This document shows, one piece after another, positions 18,944-26,248 of a DNA stretch of 35,897 nucleotides. A model generated the notes under the pieces. That model did not search any database. It was not told the DNA's origin and worked only from the letters and a program-made list of their open reading frames with translations. This DNA comes from Lachnospiraceae bacterium (GTDB lineage: Bacteria; Bacillota; Clostridia; Lachnospirales; Lachnospiraceae). The number at the start of each line of letters is the position of its first letter. Positions within the stretch are counted from its first letter, which is position 1. Both the position numbers and the translations under genes were made by a program. The DNA lies in contig WQST01000002.1 in NCBI GenBank assembly GCA_009787745.1, positions 1 to 35,897 on the forward strand, given 5' to 3'.

Positions 18944-20161
18944 CTAATCAATTGCAATCACCGAGCCTTGATCGTAATACCCAACGGTATCTTTATCAGA
19001 AATTACCGTAATTGTCATCACATCATACATCCGGTGATACACTTTGAACTCTTCACGCTCAAAACCCGTAACCCCGAGAGAAATCAAGTAGTCCCCGCCT
19101 TGCAGTAACATTTTTTGCGTAAAAGTAATATTCTTAACCGTTCCCGCGCTTACTGTCTCAAAGAAAACCTTTTCCGCCATCGTATTAGTTCCGGTAATCT
19201 CAGTCCCTTTACTGTCTTTTACTGTAAAAGCAAAGATCGGCGCTTTTATCTCAGCATTAAAGCGAACACGCATAAAAACGGAATAATCCCTGCCTTTGAT
19301 AATTGCGTTGACTTTTGTGCCGTCTTCCTCCGTAATATAGCAATCCTCAATGACGGCTTCTTTTGTACCATATTCTTGTAAATCAGGATTTAATATTTCG
19401 TATTGCCCGACTAAAACGCGTTTGTAAGCGTCTATCATTTCTTTGGGGTTGCCTTCACATAATTTCTCACCCTGATTTAATAAAATAACCCGATCACAAT
19501 ATTTTGCAATACTGCTTAAGTCATGACTGACAAAAATAATCGTTTTGCCCATCTTCCTAAATTCTTCAAATTTTTGATAACACTTCGTTTGAAAAAAGAC
19601 ATCGCCGACGGATAGGGCTTCATCGACAATCAATATTTCGGGTTCAATATTGATGGCGACGGCAAAAGCCAGACGGACAAACATCCCGCTTGAATAGGTT
19701 TTGACAGGTTGATTGACATAATCACCGATATCGGCAAAGGAAAGAATCGCATCAAGCTTGGCGGTGATTTCTTTTTCCGAATAGCCCATCATCGTACCGT
19801 TTAAGTAGATGTTCTCAATCCCGTTATACTCCATATTGAATCCTGCCCCCAACTCCAGTAAAGCGGAAATACGCCCATTTACCAAAGCAGTGCCGCTTGT
19901 GGGATTAAGAACACCTGTTATTATTTTGAGAATCGTTGATTTTCCCGCACCGTTGACACCGATAATACCGACGGTTTCCCCTTGATAAATCACCAAATCA
20001 ACGCCTTTAAGAGCATAATGCTCTTTAAACTTTTTGCGCTTTAAACCAATCGCGTCAAAAAGGCGGTCGGAAGGGCGGTCATAGAGTTTATAAACTTTTT
20101 CAAGACCATTTAGCGAAATGGCAATCGGGGGCTCTTGCATCTTTTTTCCTTTATAAAACAT
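18944..20161 (-). CDS. Polysaccharide/teichoic-acid export ABC ATP-binding protein (Wzt/TagH/RgpD type) with ~150-aa C-terminal Wzt_C-like domain
   Basis: Walker A GVNGAGKST, signature YSSGMFVRLAFAVA, Walker B ILIVDEALSVGD, H-loop VSHD. A beta-rich tail follows (DCYITEEDGTKVNAI..FAFTVKDSKGTEITGTN..GDYLISLGV). ATG 20140 (MQEPP) has the better SD (AAAGGA) and is an alternative start. Confidence 0.88.
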   Translation of the reverse strand: MFYKGKKMQEPPIAISLNGLEKVYKLYDRPSDRLFDAIGLKRKKFKEHYALKGVDLVIYQGETVGIIGVNGAGKSTILKIITGVLNPTSGTALVNGRISALLELGAGFNMEYNGIENIYLNGTMMGYSEKEITAKLDAILSFADIGDYVNQPVKTYSSGMFVRLAFAVAINIEPEILIVDEALSVGDVFFQTKCYQKFEEFRKMGKTIIFVSHDLSSIAKYCDRVILLNQGEKLCEGNPKEMIDAYKRVLVGQYEILNPDLQEYGTKEAVIEDCYITEEDGTKVNAIIKGRDYSVFMRVRFNAEIKAPIFAFTVKDSKGTEITGTNTMAEKVFFETVSAGTVKNITFTQKMLLQGGDYLISLGVTGFEREEFKVYHRMYDVMTITVISDKDTVGYYDQGSVIAID

Positions 20162-21146
20162 CAGCGAAATGCGGGCGCAAACGCTTGAAAACCAGCGAAC
20201 CTAAGCAAAAAATCATCACCGTGAAAATCCAGAAGTAGGTTGATGAATAGAAATGCTCGAAAAACCAGATATCTCCATACATTGAATTGCGGAAACCTTC
20301 AACAATATAAACCATTGGATTTAGTTTAAAGATCGGTTTTAGCTGATCAGGCACCATTGAAATATCCCACAAAATCGGGGTCGCCCACATCCCGACCTGC
20401 AAAACTATCGCAATAATTTGCGTTAAATCTTTAAAGAAAACGACAATCGCACTAGTTAGATAGCTGGCCGCCAGAACAAGCAGGAAGGTACAGAAACTAT
20501 AGTAAATAATCTGCAACATATAGATATTGGGATAATAGCCGTATGAAGCAGATAAAATAATCAGAATAACCATGAAAAAAAGATGAATAAAAGTCGCGGC
20601 AATCAGCTTGATAATCGGAAGAATACTGATATTGAAAACCACTTTTTTGACAAGGTAATTATATTCAATAAGACCTGACGTCCCGTTTACCAATGCTTCC
20701 TGAAAATAAAACCACGGCACGAGTCCGCTGGTAAGAAATAATACATAGGGAACTTCGATTCCGCCGGCTAATAACTGACTGCGGGTATTAAATACTTTAT
20801 CAAAAACAATCCAATACATCACTACTGTCACAATCGGCTGAACCATCGCCCAAATAAAACCCAAGTATGAACCTGCATAACGTTTTTTAAAGTCATTTTT
20901 GGCAAGCTTCCAGATCATCTTGCGGCTCTGCCATAATTCTTTCGGTAAAATCGTCAATCGATCATAATAAACGCTAAATATAACCGCGCCGAAGGCTAAT
21001 AAAACACAGGCACAAATTTTCTTAAGCCGTTCCGTTATCGGGTCGGCAAGCGGATTATCATGTAATAAAATAACGCCTGCTATTAATCCGCAGAAGAAAA
21101 TGACAATAAGAATCCTTATCAATTTATGTTTACGGTTATGATTCAC
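20151..21146 (-). CDS. ABC-2 type polysaccharide export permease (Wzm/TagG/RgpC type) with ~70-aa N-terminal extension carrying two extra predicted TMs
   Basis: The canonical ABC-2 entry is WKLAKNDFKKRYAGSYLGFIWAMVQP, followed by six hydrophobic segments. The long form starts at GTG 21146 in a GTGA overlap with the rmlC stop. No alternative ATG or SD is seen before the conserved entry motif. Confidence 0.85.
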   Translation of the reverse strand: MNHNRKHKLIRILIVIFFCGLIAGVILLHDNPLADPITERLKKICACVLLAFGAVIFSVYYDRLTILPKELWQSRKMIWKLAKNDFKKRYAGSYLGFIWAMVQPIVTVVMYWIVFDKVFNTRSQLLAGGIEVPYVLFLTSGLVPWFYFQEALVNGTSGLIEYNYLVKKVVFNISILPIIKLIAATFIHLFFMVILIILSASYGYYPNIYMLQIIYYSFCTFLLVLAASYLTSAIVVFFKDLTQIIAIVLQVGMWATPILWDISMVPDQLKPIFKLNPMVYIVEGFRNSMYGDIWFFEHFYSSTYFWIFTVMIFCLGSLVFKRLRPHFADVL

Positions 21147-21688
21147 TTAATTGACAGACCTTTCCAAAGTTTGTCGCGTTCAGATAATATCGGGGCTATT
21201 CCTGTATCTATCGGCCATTCGACCCCAATTGAGGGGTCATTATACATAATTCCGCCTTCGTCATGAGGATGATAGAAATCACTGCATTTATACGCAAATT
21301 CGGCATAATCTGAAAGTACCATAAACCCATGAGCAAAACCCTTCGGGACGAAAAATTGTTTTTTATTCTCGGCAGAGAGGTTAACACCATACCATTGGCC
21401 GTAAGTTTCAGAACCTTCGCGAATATCCACCGCTACGTCAAATACTTCACCGCTTAACACGCGAACCAGCTTGTCCTGCGGATGTTCAACCTGATAGTGA
21501 AGTCCGCGGAGAACCCCTTTAACCGAAGAAGATTGGTTATCTTGAACGAATCGGCAATCAATACCGATTTCGGTGAAATCATTTTGGTTAAAAGTCTCCA
21601 TAAAATAACCGCGCGTATCGCCAAAGACTTGGGGGGTAATGATTTTCAGACCCGCGATAAAACAGGTTTCAACATTTATTTTGCCCAT
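21143..21688 (-). CDS. rfbC: dTDP-4-dehydrorhamnose 3,5-epimerase
   Basis: ORF track 21143..21694. I prefer ATG 21688 (MGKINVE) with GGAG 5 nt upstream. Motifs: FGDTRGYFMETF, GVLRGLHYQ, KLVRVLSGEVFDVAVDIR, VPKGFAHGF. Confidence 0.93.
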   Translation of the reverse strand: MGKINVETCFIAGLKIITPQVFGDTRGYFMETFNQNDFTEIGIDCRFVQDNQSSSVKGVLRGLHYQVEHPQDKLVRVLSGEVFDVAVDIREGSETYGQWYGVNLSAENKKQFFVPKGFAHGFMVLSDYAEFAYKCSDFYHPHDEGGIMYNDPSIGVEWPIDTGIAPILSERDKLWKGLSIK

Positions 21689-21745
21689 TGTCACTCCATT
21701 TCTTCTTGACTCTTCATACTACAATAGCATAATTGCGGAACGCAT

Positions 21746-23032
21746 TCAATCCAAATAGCTTAAATTCAAATCAACATTTCCGTTTATTCCGTCAATTTGA
21801 CCTCTGGAGCTATATTGCCACATTTGATAGTAGCCTGTATATTGAGGGATATCACGGTATTCGGCAAGCCATACGATATATTCTGATAACTGCTCCATAT
21901 CTAACTGATTATACAGCCAACTGCGCGCGGCATATATCCCCGCATGATACCCCGCATTTTTTATTGTTTCCATAAATGCTTTGCTAATATCAGTCCGCAA
22001 TGATTTATTTAGGTTATCAGCACGACCGAGTCCGCCTGTTCCTGTTCCTTCACTGTCGATAAAAATCGGATAAGCAAGCTTAAATTCTTCGACCATCGCA
22101 ATAACCATACTGGCTTCTTCAACGGCTTCCATAACCGTAATCGCCTGCGTAAAAAAGTAAACACCGACAGGAATCCCCGCATTAAGCGCGCCGCGCATAT
22201 TAGCTTTAAAGTAAGGGTCTTCAATCAAAGAACCTGATGTCCAACCGCGGTACCCGACGCGGATAATCGCAAATTCAACTCCCGCGTCTTTGACTTTATG
22301 CCAATCAATCTCTTTATTCCATTTGGAAACATCAATGCCCAACTTGGCGCCTGTCCACGAACCAAGCGGTTCTGTATACTCCGTTGCATCCCGCTCATTA
22401 TCAGCCATTTTATCAATGACATCCTCGACTGCAACATCTATTTGACTCTCGCTAAATATTTTTAGATCCAGTTCATTCATGGCGATGAACTCAATTTTTT
22501 GCTTGATATTAATCCTTGCAGGTTCGGTTTGCGTCCGAAAACCTGTCTGCGGATTAAGGATAACGACGCTTTCACCCGCACTTAGCGGGCTGATATAAAT
22601 TAAACCATCTTTATCATTGTCACGGTATTCCACACCGTCAACACTTACACTAAATTCAACCCCTGTAATGTTGCGTCCGAGAATATCAACAATGTGGATA
22701 CGTAAATCTTTTTCTACCGAACTAAGCACAAGGTTTGCCGTTTTCCCGTATTTGACTTGAATACTTCCCGGTTCATACGGGTCAGCGTCAAAAAAAGACG
22801 GATCTTTCATAAAAGCCGAAGGGTCTGCGCCTGTCAATAATCCTTGCGAATCGCTGACGGGAACCGTAAATTGCCCCTGAGTCTCGGTTTCTGACTGATT
22901 AAAACCCAAATAGCCGCTAATCTGAGCATAATTAAGCGCCGCAACTACGGAAAGGATAATAATTATTATTAACACCGCTGTCATAACTGCATGTTTGATT
23001 AAGCGTGAGTTTTGGTTAGGGTTAGAGCCCAT
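21746..23032 (-). CDS. Membrane-anchored GH25 muramidase (N-terminal TM, Ig-like/prealbumin-like domain, C-terminal GH25 lysozyme domain)
   Basis: ORF track 21746..23038 (TTG). ATG 23032 has SD AGAGG 6 nt upstream. The TM is [19 protein letters not shown]. The GH25 core is [32 protein letters not shown] .. VGVYFF .. PIFIDSE .. [20 protein letters not shown]. The start overlaps the rmlA stop by 11 nt. Confidence 0.88.
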   Translation of the reverse strand: MGSNPNQNSRLIKHAVMTAVLIIIIILSVVAALNYAQISGYLGFNQSETETQGQFTVPVSDSQGLLTGADPSAFMKDPSFFDADPYEPGSIQVKYGKTANLVLSSVEKDLRIHIVDILGRNITGVEFSVSVDGVEYRDNDKDGLIYISPLSAGESVVILNPQTGFRTQTEPARINIKQKIEFIAMNELDLKIFSESQIDVAVEDVIDKMADNERDATEYTEPLGSWTGAKLGIDVSKWNKEIDWHKVKDAGVEFAIIRVGYRGWTSGSLIEDPYFKANMRGALNAGIPVGVYFFTQAITVMEAVEEASMVIAMVEEFKLAYPIFIDSEGTGTGGLGRADNLNKSLRTDISKAFMETIKNAGYHAGIYAARSWLYNQLDMEQLSEYIVWLAEYRDIPQYTGYYQMWQYSSRGQIDGINGNVDLNLSYLD

Positions 23033-23891
23033 TGGCAACCTCTGTTAAATAGATACCGTAATCGGTTTTGGTTAGTGGTTCAGCCAGTTTAAGGAGTTGT
23101 TTTTTATCAATAAAACCGCGTTTATAAGCGATTTCTTCAATACAAGAGATATATAGCCCCTGACGCTTTTGGAACGCGGCGACGAAATTGGCGGCTTCAA
23201 GCAAAGAATCGTGATTTCCTGTATCAAGCCAGGCAAATCCGCGCCCAAGTGTTTCGACATGCAAAGCACCGCGTAACAAATATTCATTATTTACGCTTGT
23301 AATTTCGATTTCACCGCGTGAGCTTGGCTTGACATTGGCGGCGATTTCAACGACTTCATTATCATAAAAGTAAAGGCCCGGGACGGCATAGTTACTGCGG
23401 GGACGGGTCGGCTTTTCTTCAATGGAGATGGCTTTACCGTTTTCATCAAATTCGACTACGCCATATTCACGGGGGTCGCGGACATAGTAACCGAAAATAG
23501 TCGCGCCTGCTTCTCGGGCGGCGGCGGTGCGCAGAATCCGCGAAAAGCTATGCCCGTAGAAAATGTTATCGCCGAGAATAAGTGCCACACTATCTGTTCC
23601 GATGAAGCCGGCACCGATAATGAATGCGTCGGCTAGGCCGCGAGGGTATTCCTGAACAGCGTAAGTAAAACTCATGCCGAGTTCCCGCCCGTCGCCTAAG
23701 AGTTCTTCGAAAACCGTGATATCGCGGGGGGTGGAAATAATGAGGATTTCGCGGATGTCGGATAGCATGAGGATTGAGAGGGGGTAGTAAATCATGGGCT
23801 TATCGAAGACGGGCATGATTTGTTTACTGATGGCTTTCGTCAGGGGGTATAGTCTGGTTCCGGCTCCGCCGGCTAAGATGATACCTTTCAT
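23022..23891 (-). CDS. rfbA: Glucose-1-phosphate thymidylyltransferase
   Basis: [39 protein letters not shown], then LGDNIFYG and ITSVNNEYL. This is canonical RmlA. Confidence 0.95.
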   Translation of the reverse strand: MKGIILAGGAGTRLYPLTKAISKQIMPVFDKPMIYYPLSILMLSDIREILIISTPRDITVFEELLGDGRELGMSFTYAVQEYPRGLADAFIIGAGFIGTDSVALILGDNIFYGHSFSRILRTAAAREAGATIFGYYVRDPREYGVVEFDENGKAISIEEKPTRPRSNYAVPGLYFYDNEVVEIAANVKPSSRGEIEITSVNNEYLLRGALHVETLGRGFAWLDTGNHDSLLEAANFVAAFQKRQGLYISCIEEIAYKRGFIDKKQLLKLAEPLTKTDYGIYLTEVANGL

Positions 23892-23933
23892 GGGAGTCCT
23901 TTCTATATTCAGTGTACCGTATTTATCCTTCTT

Positions 23934-23964
23934 GGGAAAAGCCCCAACCGCTAAACGGAAGGGG
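23934..23964 (-). terminator. Candidate intrinsic terminator after the Rpn-like gene
   Basis: The minus-strand RNA reads CCCC-UU-CCG UUUAG CGG-UU-GGGG followed by CUUUUCCC. The stem arms are 23964-23956 and 23950-23942, and the tail is 23941-23934. The stem has 7 G:C pairs interrupted by a 2x2 internal loop, and the U-tract is short. Confidence 0.4.
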
Positions 23965-24028
23965 CATTACCTTTTTATTATAATCAAATTTCGGGGAAAA
24001 ATCTATAGTATTTTGAAATTATTTAGCC

Positions 24029-24913
24029 TTATCCGTTTACAGCGGCCAGCCTTGCTTCAAGTGCGGCGATTATTGCTTTGCTTTTAATAAGTTCAGTATC
24101 TTTCTCGGCAAGTTCAGCTTCTTTTTCATCCAATTTCTCTTGCATCTCTTCACGGACTTCATCTCTTAGGCGCTCTTCGGTTTCCCATATGCACATATAT
24201 TTTTCCCTCGCTTTCCTTGATTGCTTGACTTTCGTAACTATTGTATGGATATCATTCAGCCGGCTATTTACAGCATTTTCTTCGGTTGAATTAGCTATGT
24301 ACTTTAGTAAGGCGTTTAGTTCATCAGTACCGCCAATTTTATCTGATGTATTTAGATAAATGCGGTATGCTCCGTCATCTAATAGTAGTTCATTATTTTC
24401 AAGGCATATATTAGTAAATGTGTATTTTATCATATCTAAGCCGAATATATCGAATGAGGAGCAAATAATTATCAGTACATCATCAAGTTCGTTATATCCG
24501 CTGCCCGGTATCAACATATTTGTGTCTACCATCGCTTGATACAAACGGCTGCGCTTTCGGATATCATATTTTTTACCTCGCGCGGATTTATCGCTTTTCG
24601 CCTGCATTTCGATATTTATGATGGCTTTGCGTTTTAGCTTTATAGAATCATCCATCATTTCTGTAACAAGAAATGTTTTGCTAAGAGACACTTTCGTGCG
24701 AATATCAAAGCGGATTGCGCGTTTATCGATATCACCGGGTGTTTCAACTTTCTGAACCTTGATATCTTTGATTTCGATTTTTTGACCTAATACGGTGTGT
24801 AAAAAATATTCAACAAAGGCTTCACCGTATTCGTCACTCCCTGCTAGTTCAGTCATCAAGAAATCATCAATAATGCTCAAATCATCCAAAGGTTTGCGTT
24901 TTTGTTCTTTCAG
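24029..24913 (-). CDS. Rpn-family / PD-(D/E)XK nuclease family transposase-like protein (transposase_31 type) with C-terminal coiled coil
   Basis: ORF track 24029..24889 (TTG). The frame is open back to a TAA at 24916-24914. The only strong SD (GGAGGA, 24925-24920) sits 6 nt upstream of in-frame CTG 24913. Family-like features: N-terminus KPLDDLSIIDDFLM, core INIEMQAKSD, C-terminal EKLDEKEAELAEKDTELIK. Confidence 0.7.
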   Translation of the reverse strand: MKEQKRKPLDDLSIIDDFLMTELAGSDEYGEAFVEYFLHTVLGQKIEIKDIKVQKVETPGDIDKRAIRFDIRTKVSLSKTFLVTEMMDDSIKLKRKAIINIEMQAKSDKSARGKKYDIRKRSRLYQAMVDTNMLIPGSGYNELDDVLIIICSSFDIFGLDMIKYTFTNICLENNELLLDDGAYRIYLNTSDKIGGTDELNALLKYIANSTEENAVNSRLNDIHTIVTKVKQSRKAREKYMCIWETEERLRDEVREEMQEKLDEKEAELAEKDTELIKSKAIIAALEARLAAVNG

Positions 24914-25082
24914 TTAATGTCCTCCTTCATGTGTCAGATGGCAGGACATCTCAAGTAAGGCATTCATCCGACGCCTGCCAGTTAATAGGGTATGGGGTTA
25001 ATACTCTGGCAGAATATGCCGGACAGCGTCATGAATAACGCTTTAAACAACGCAAGATTGCGCCGCTGGGAATAATAATGTT
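24914..25082 (-). promoter_or_regulatory. Structured 5' leader of the Rpn-like gene with four mutually exclusive pairing segments, an SD-sequestering stem and a 16-codon uORF
   Basis: RNA segments: CUGCCAG (25012-25006), CUGGCAGG (24981-24974), CCUGCCA (24945-24939) overlapping AUGUCCU (24949-24943), and AGGACAU (24923-24917) overlapping the SD. The uORF runs from ATG 25032 to TAA 24984-24982 and encodes MTLSGIFCQSINPIPY. Confidence 0.4.
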
Positions 25083-25088
25083 AGAATA

Positions 25089-25117
25089 ATATTACAACAG
25101 CTTTTATGTCCTGTCAA
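25089..25117 (-). promoter_or_regulatory. Near-consensus sigma-70-type promoter TTGACA-17 nt-TAATAT between rmlB and the Rpn-like gene
   Basis: On the minus strand, -35 TTGACA is at 25117-25112, the spacer is 17 nt, and -10 TAATAT is at 25094-25089. It lies just downstream of the rmlB stop (25144). Confidence 0.6.
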
Positions 25118-25143
25118 GATACTTTTTCCAATGCCTCGCTCAC

Positions 25144-26220
25144 TTACTTATACATCCTATCATAATAATCCTGATACTCACCACTCGTAACGTGAGCCAT
25201 CCAATCGGTATTTTCAAAATACCAAGCAATCGTCAGGCGGATTCCTTCGGCGAACATCGTGTCCGGTTCCCAGCCCAAATCGGCTTTGATTTTATCAGGC
25301 GCAATGGCGTAACGGCGGTCGTGACCCTTGCGGTCTTCGACATAGGTAATCAGATCATGACTGATATGCTTTTTACGCGGGTCTGAATCCGGAAGCATGT
25401 CTAATAATGTATCTAAAATGATTTTTACGATTTCGATATTCTGCTTTTCATTATGGCCGCCGATGTTATATGTCTCAAAAAGCCCGCCTTTTTCGCAAAC
25501 CAAGTCAATCGCTTTCGCATGGTCCTCAACATACAACCAATCACGGACATTCTTCCCGTCGCCATAAACAGGCAATTTCTTACCTTGCAAAGCATTATTG
25601 ATAATCAGCGGAATAAGCTTTTCGGGGAATTGATACGGTCCGTAATTATTGGAGCAATTAGTAATATTCGCCGGAAACTTATAAGTCTCCATATAAGACC
25701 TGACCAGCATATCCGAACCTGCCTTACTCGCAGAATAAGGACTGCGCGGGTCATAAGGAGTCGTTTCATAAAAGTAAGTGCCTTCTTCCGTCAAAGAGCC
25801 GTAGACCTCATCCGTCGAAATATGGATAAACTTCTTCCCCTTTGGATAAGTACCATCTTCTTTTTCCCATGCCCCCTTAGCCGAATTAAGCATCACCAAA
25901 GTCCCCAGGACATTCGTCCGCACGAACACTTCCGGATCGGCAATACTGCGGTCAACATGACTCTCCGCCGCAAAGTGAACAACTACATCTATCTCGTTCT
26001 CACGAAAAATCGCCGTAATCTTCTCTTTATCACAAATATCCGCCTTGATAAACGAATAACCGGGATAATCGGCGACAGCCGCTAAATTCTCCGGATTTCC
26101 TGCATAAGTAAGCACGTCCACATTAATAATCTTTATCGAATCACCATATTTCCCCAACATAAAATGAATAAAATTTGACCCGATAAACCCGGCGCCCCCG
26201 GTAACTAAATATGTCGTCAT
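25144..26220 (-). CDS. rfbB: dTDP-glucose 4,6-dehydratase
   Basis: MTTYLVTGGAGFIGSNF, HFAAESHVDRS, YSASKAGSDMLV, NCSNNYGPYQFPEKLIP. SD GGGAGG lies 5 nt upstream. Confidence 0.95.
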   Translation of the reverse strand: MTTYLVTGGAGFIGSNFIHFMLGKYGDSIKIINVDVLTYAGNPENLAAVADYPGYSFIKADICDKEKITAIFRENEIDVVVHFAAESHVDRSIADPEVFVRTNVLGTLVMLNSAKGAWEKEDGTYPKGKKFIHISTDEVYGSLTEEGTYFYETTPYDPRSPYSASKAGSDMLVRSYMETYKFPANITNCSNNYGPYQFPEKLIPLIINNALQGKKLPVYGDGKNVRDWLYVEDHAKAIDLVCEKGGLFETYNIGGHNEKQNIEIVKIILDTLLDMLPDSDPRKKHISHDLITYVEDRKGHDRRYAIAPDKIKADLGWEPDTMFAEGIRLTIAWYFENTDWMAHVTSGEYQDYYDRMYK

Positions 26221-26248
26221 GACAACCTCCCAAATCCTATAATCTAAA

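Noticed and set aside
23892-25143. Rpn-like cassette as a bona fide insertion sequence or transposon.
   Set aside because: I could find no terminal inverted repeats or flanking direct duplications by eye, and Rpn/transposase_31 proteins are not demonstrated autonomous transposases. It is kept as a nuclease cassette, not annotated as a mobile element.
25453-26085. 210-aa + strand ORF antisense to rmlB. Similar antisense ORFs lie at 12718..13131, 13423..13791, 21733..21975, 24078..24359 and 31204..31593.
   Set aside because: Each lies wholly inside a strongly supported gene on the other strand, lacks an SD and gives an Arg/Ile-rich or otherwise non-protein-like product. These are typical shadow ORFs.
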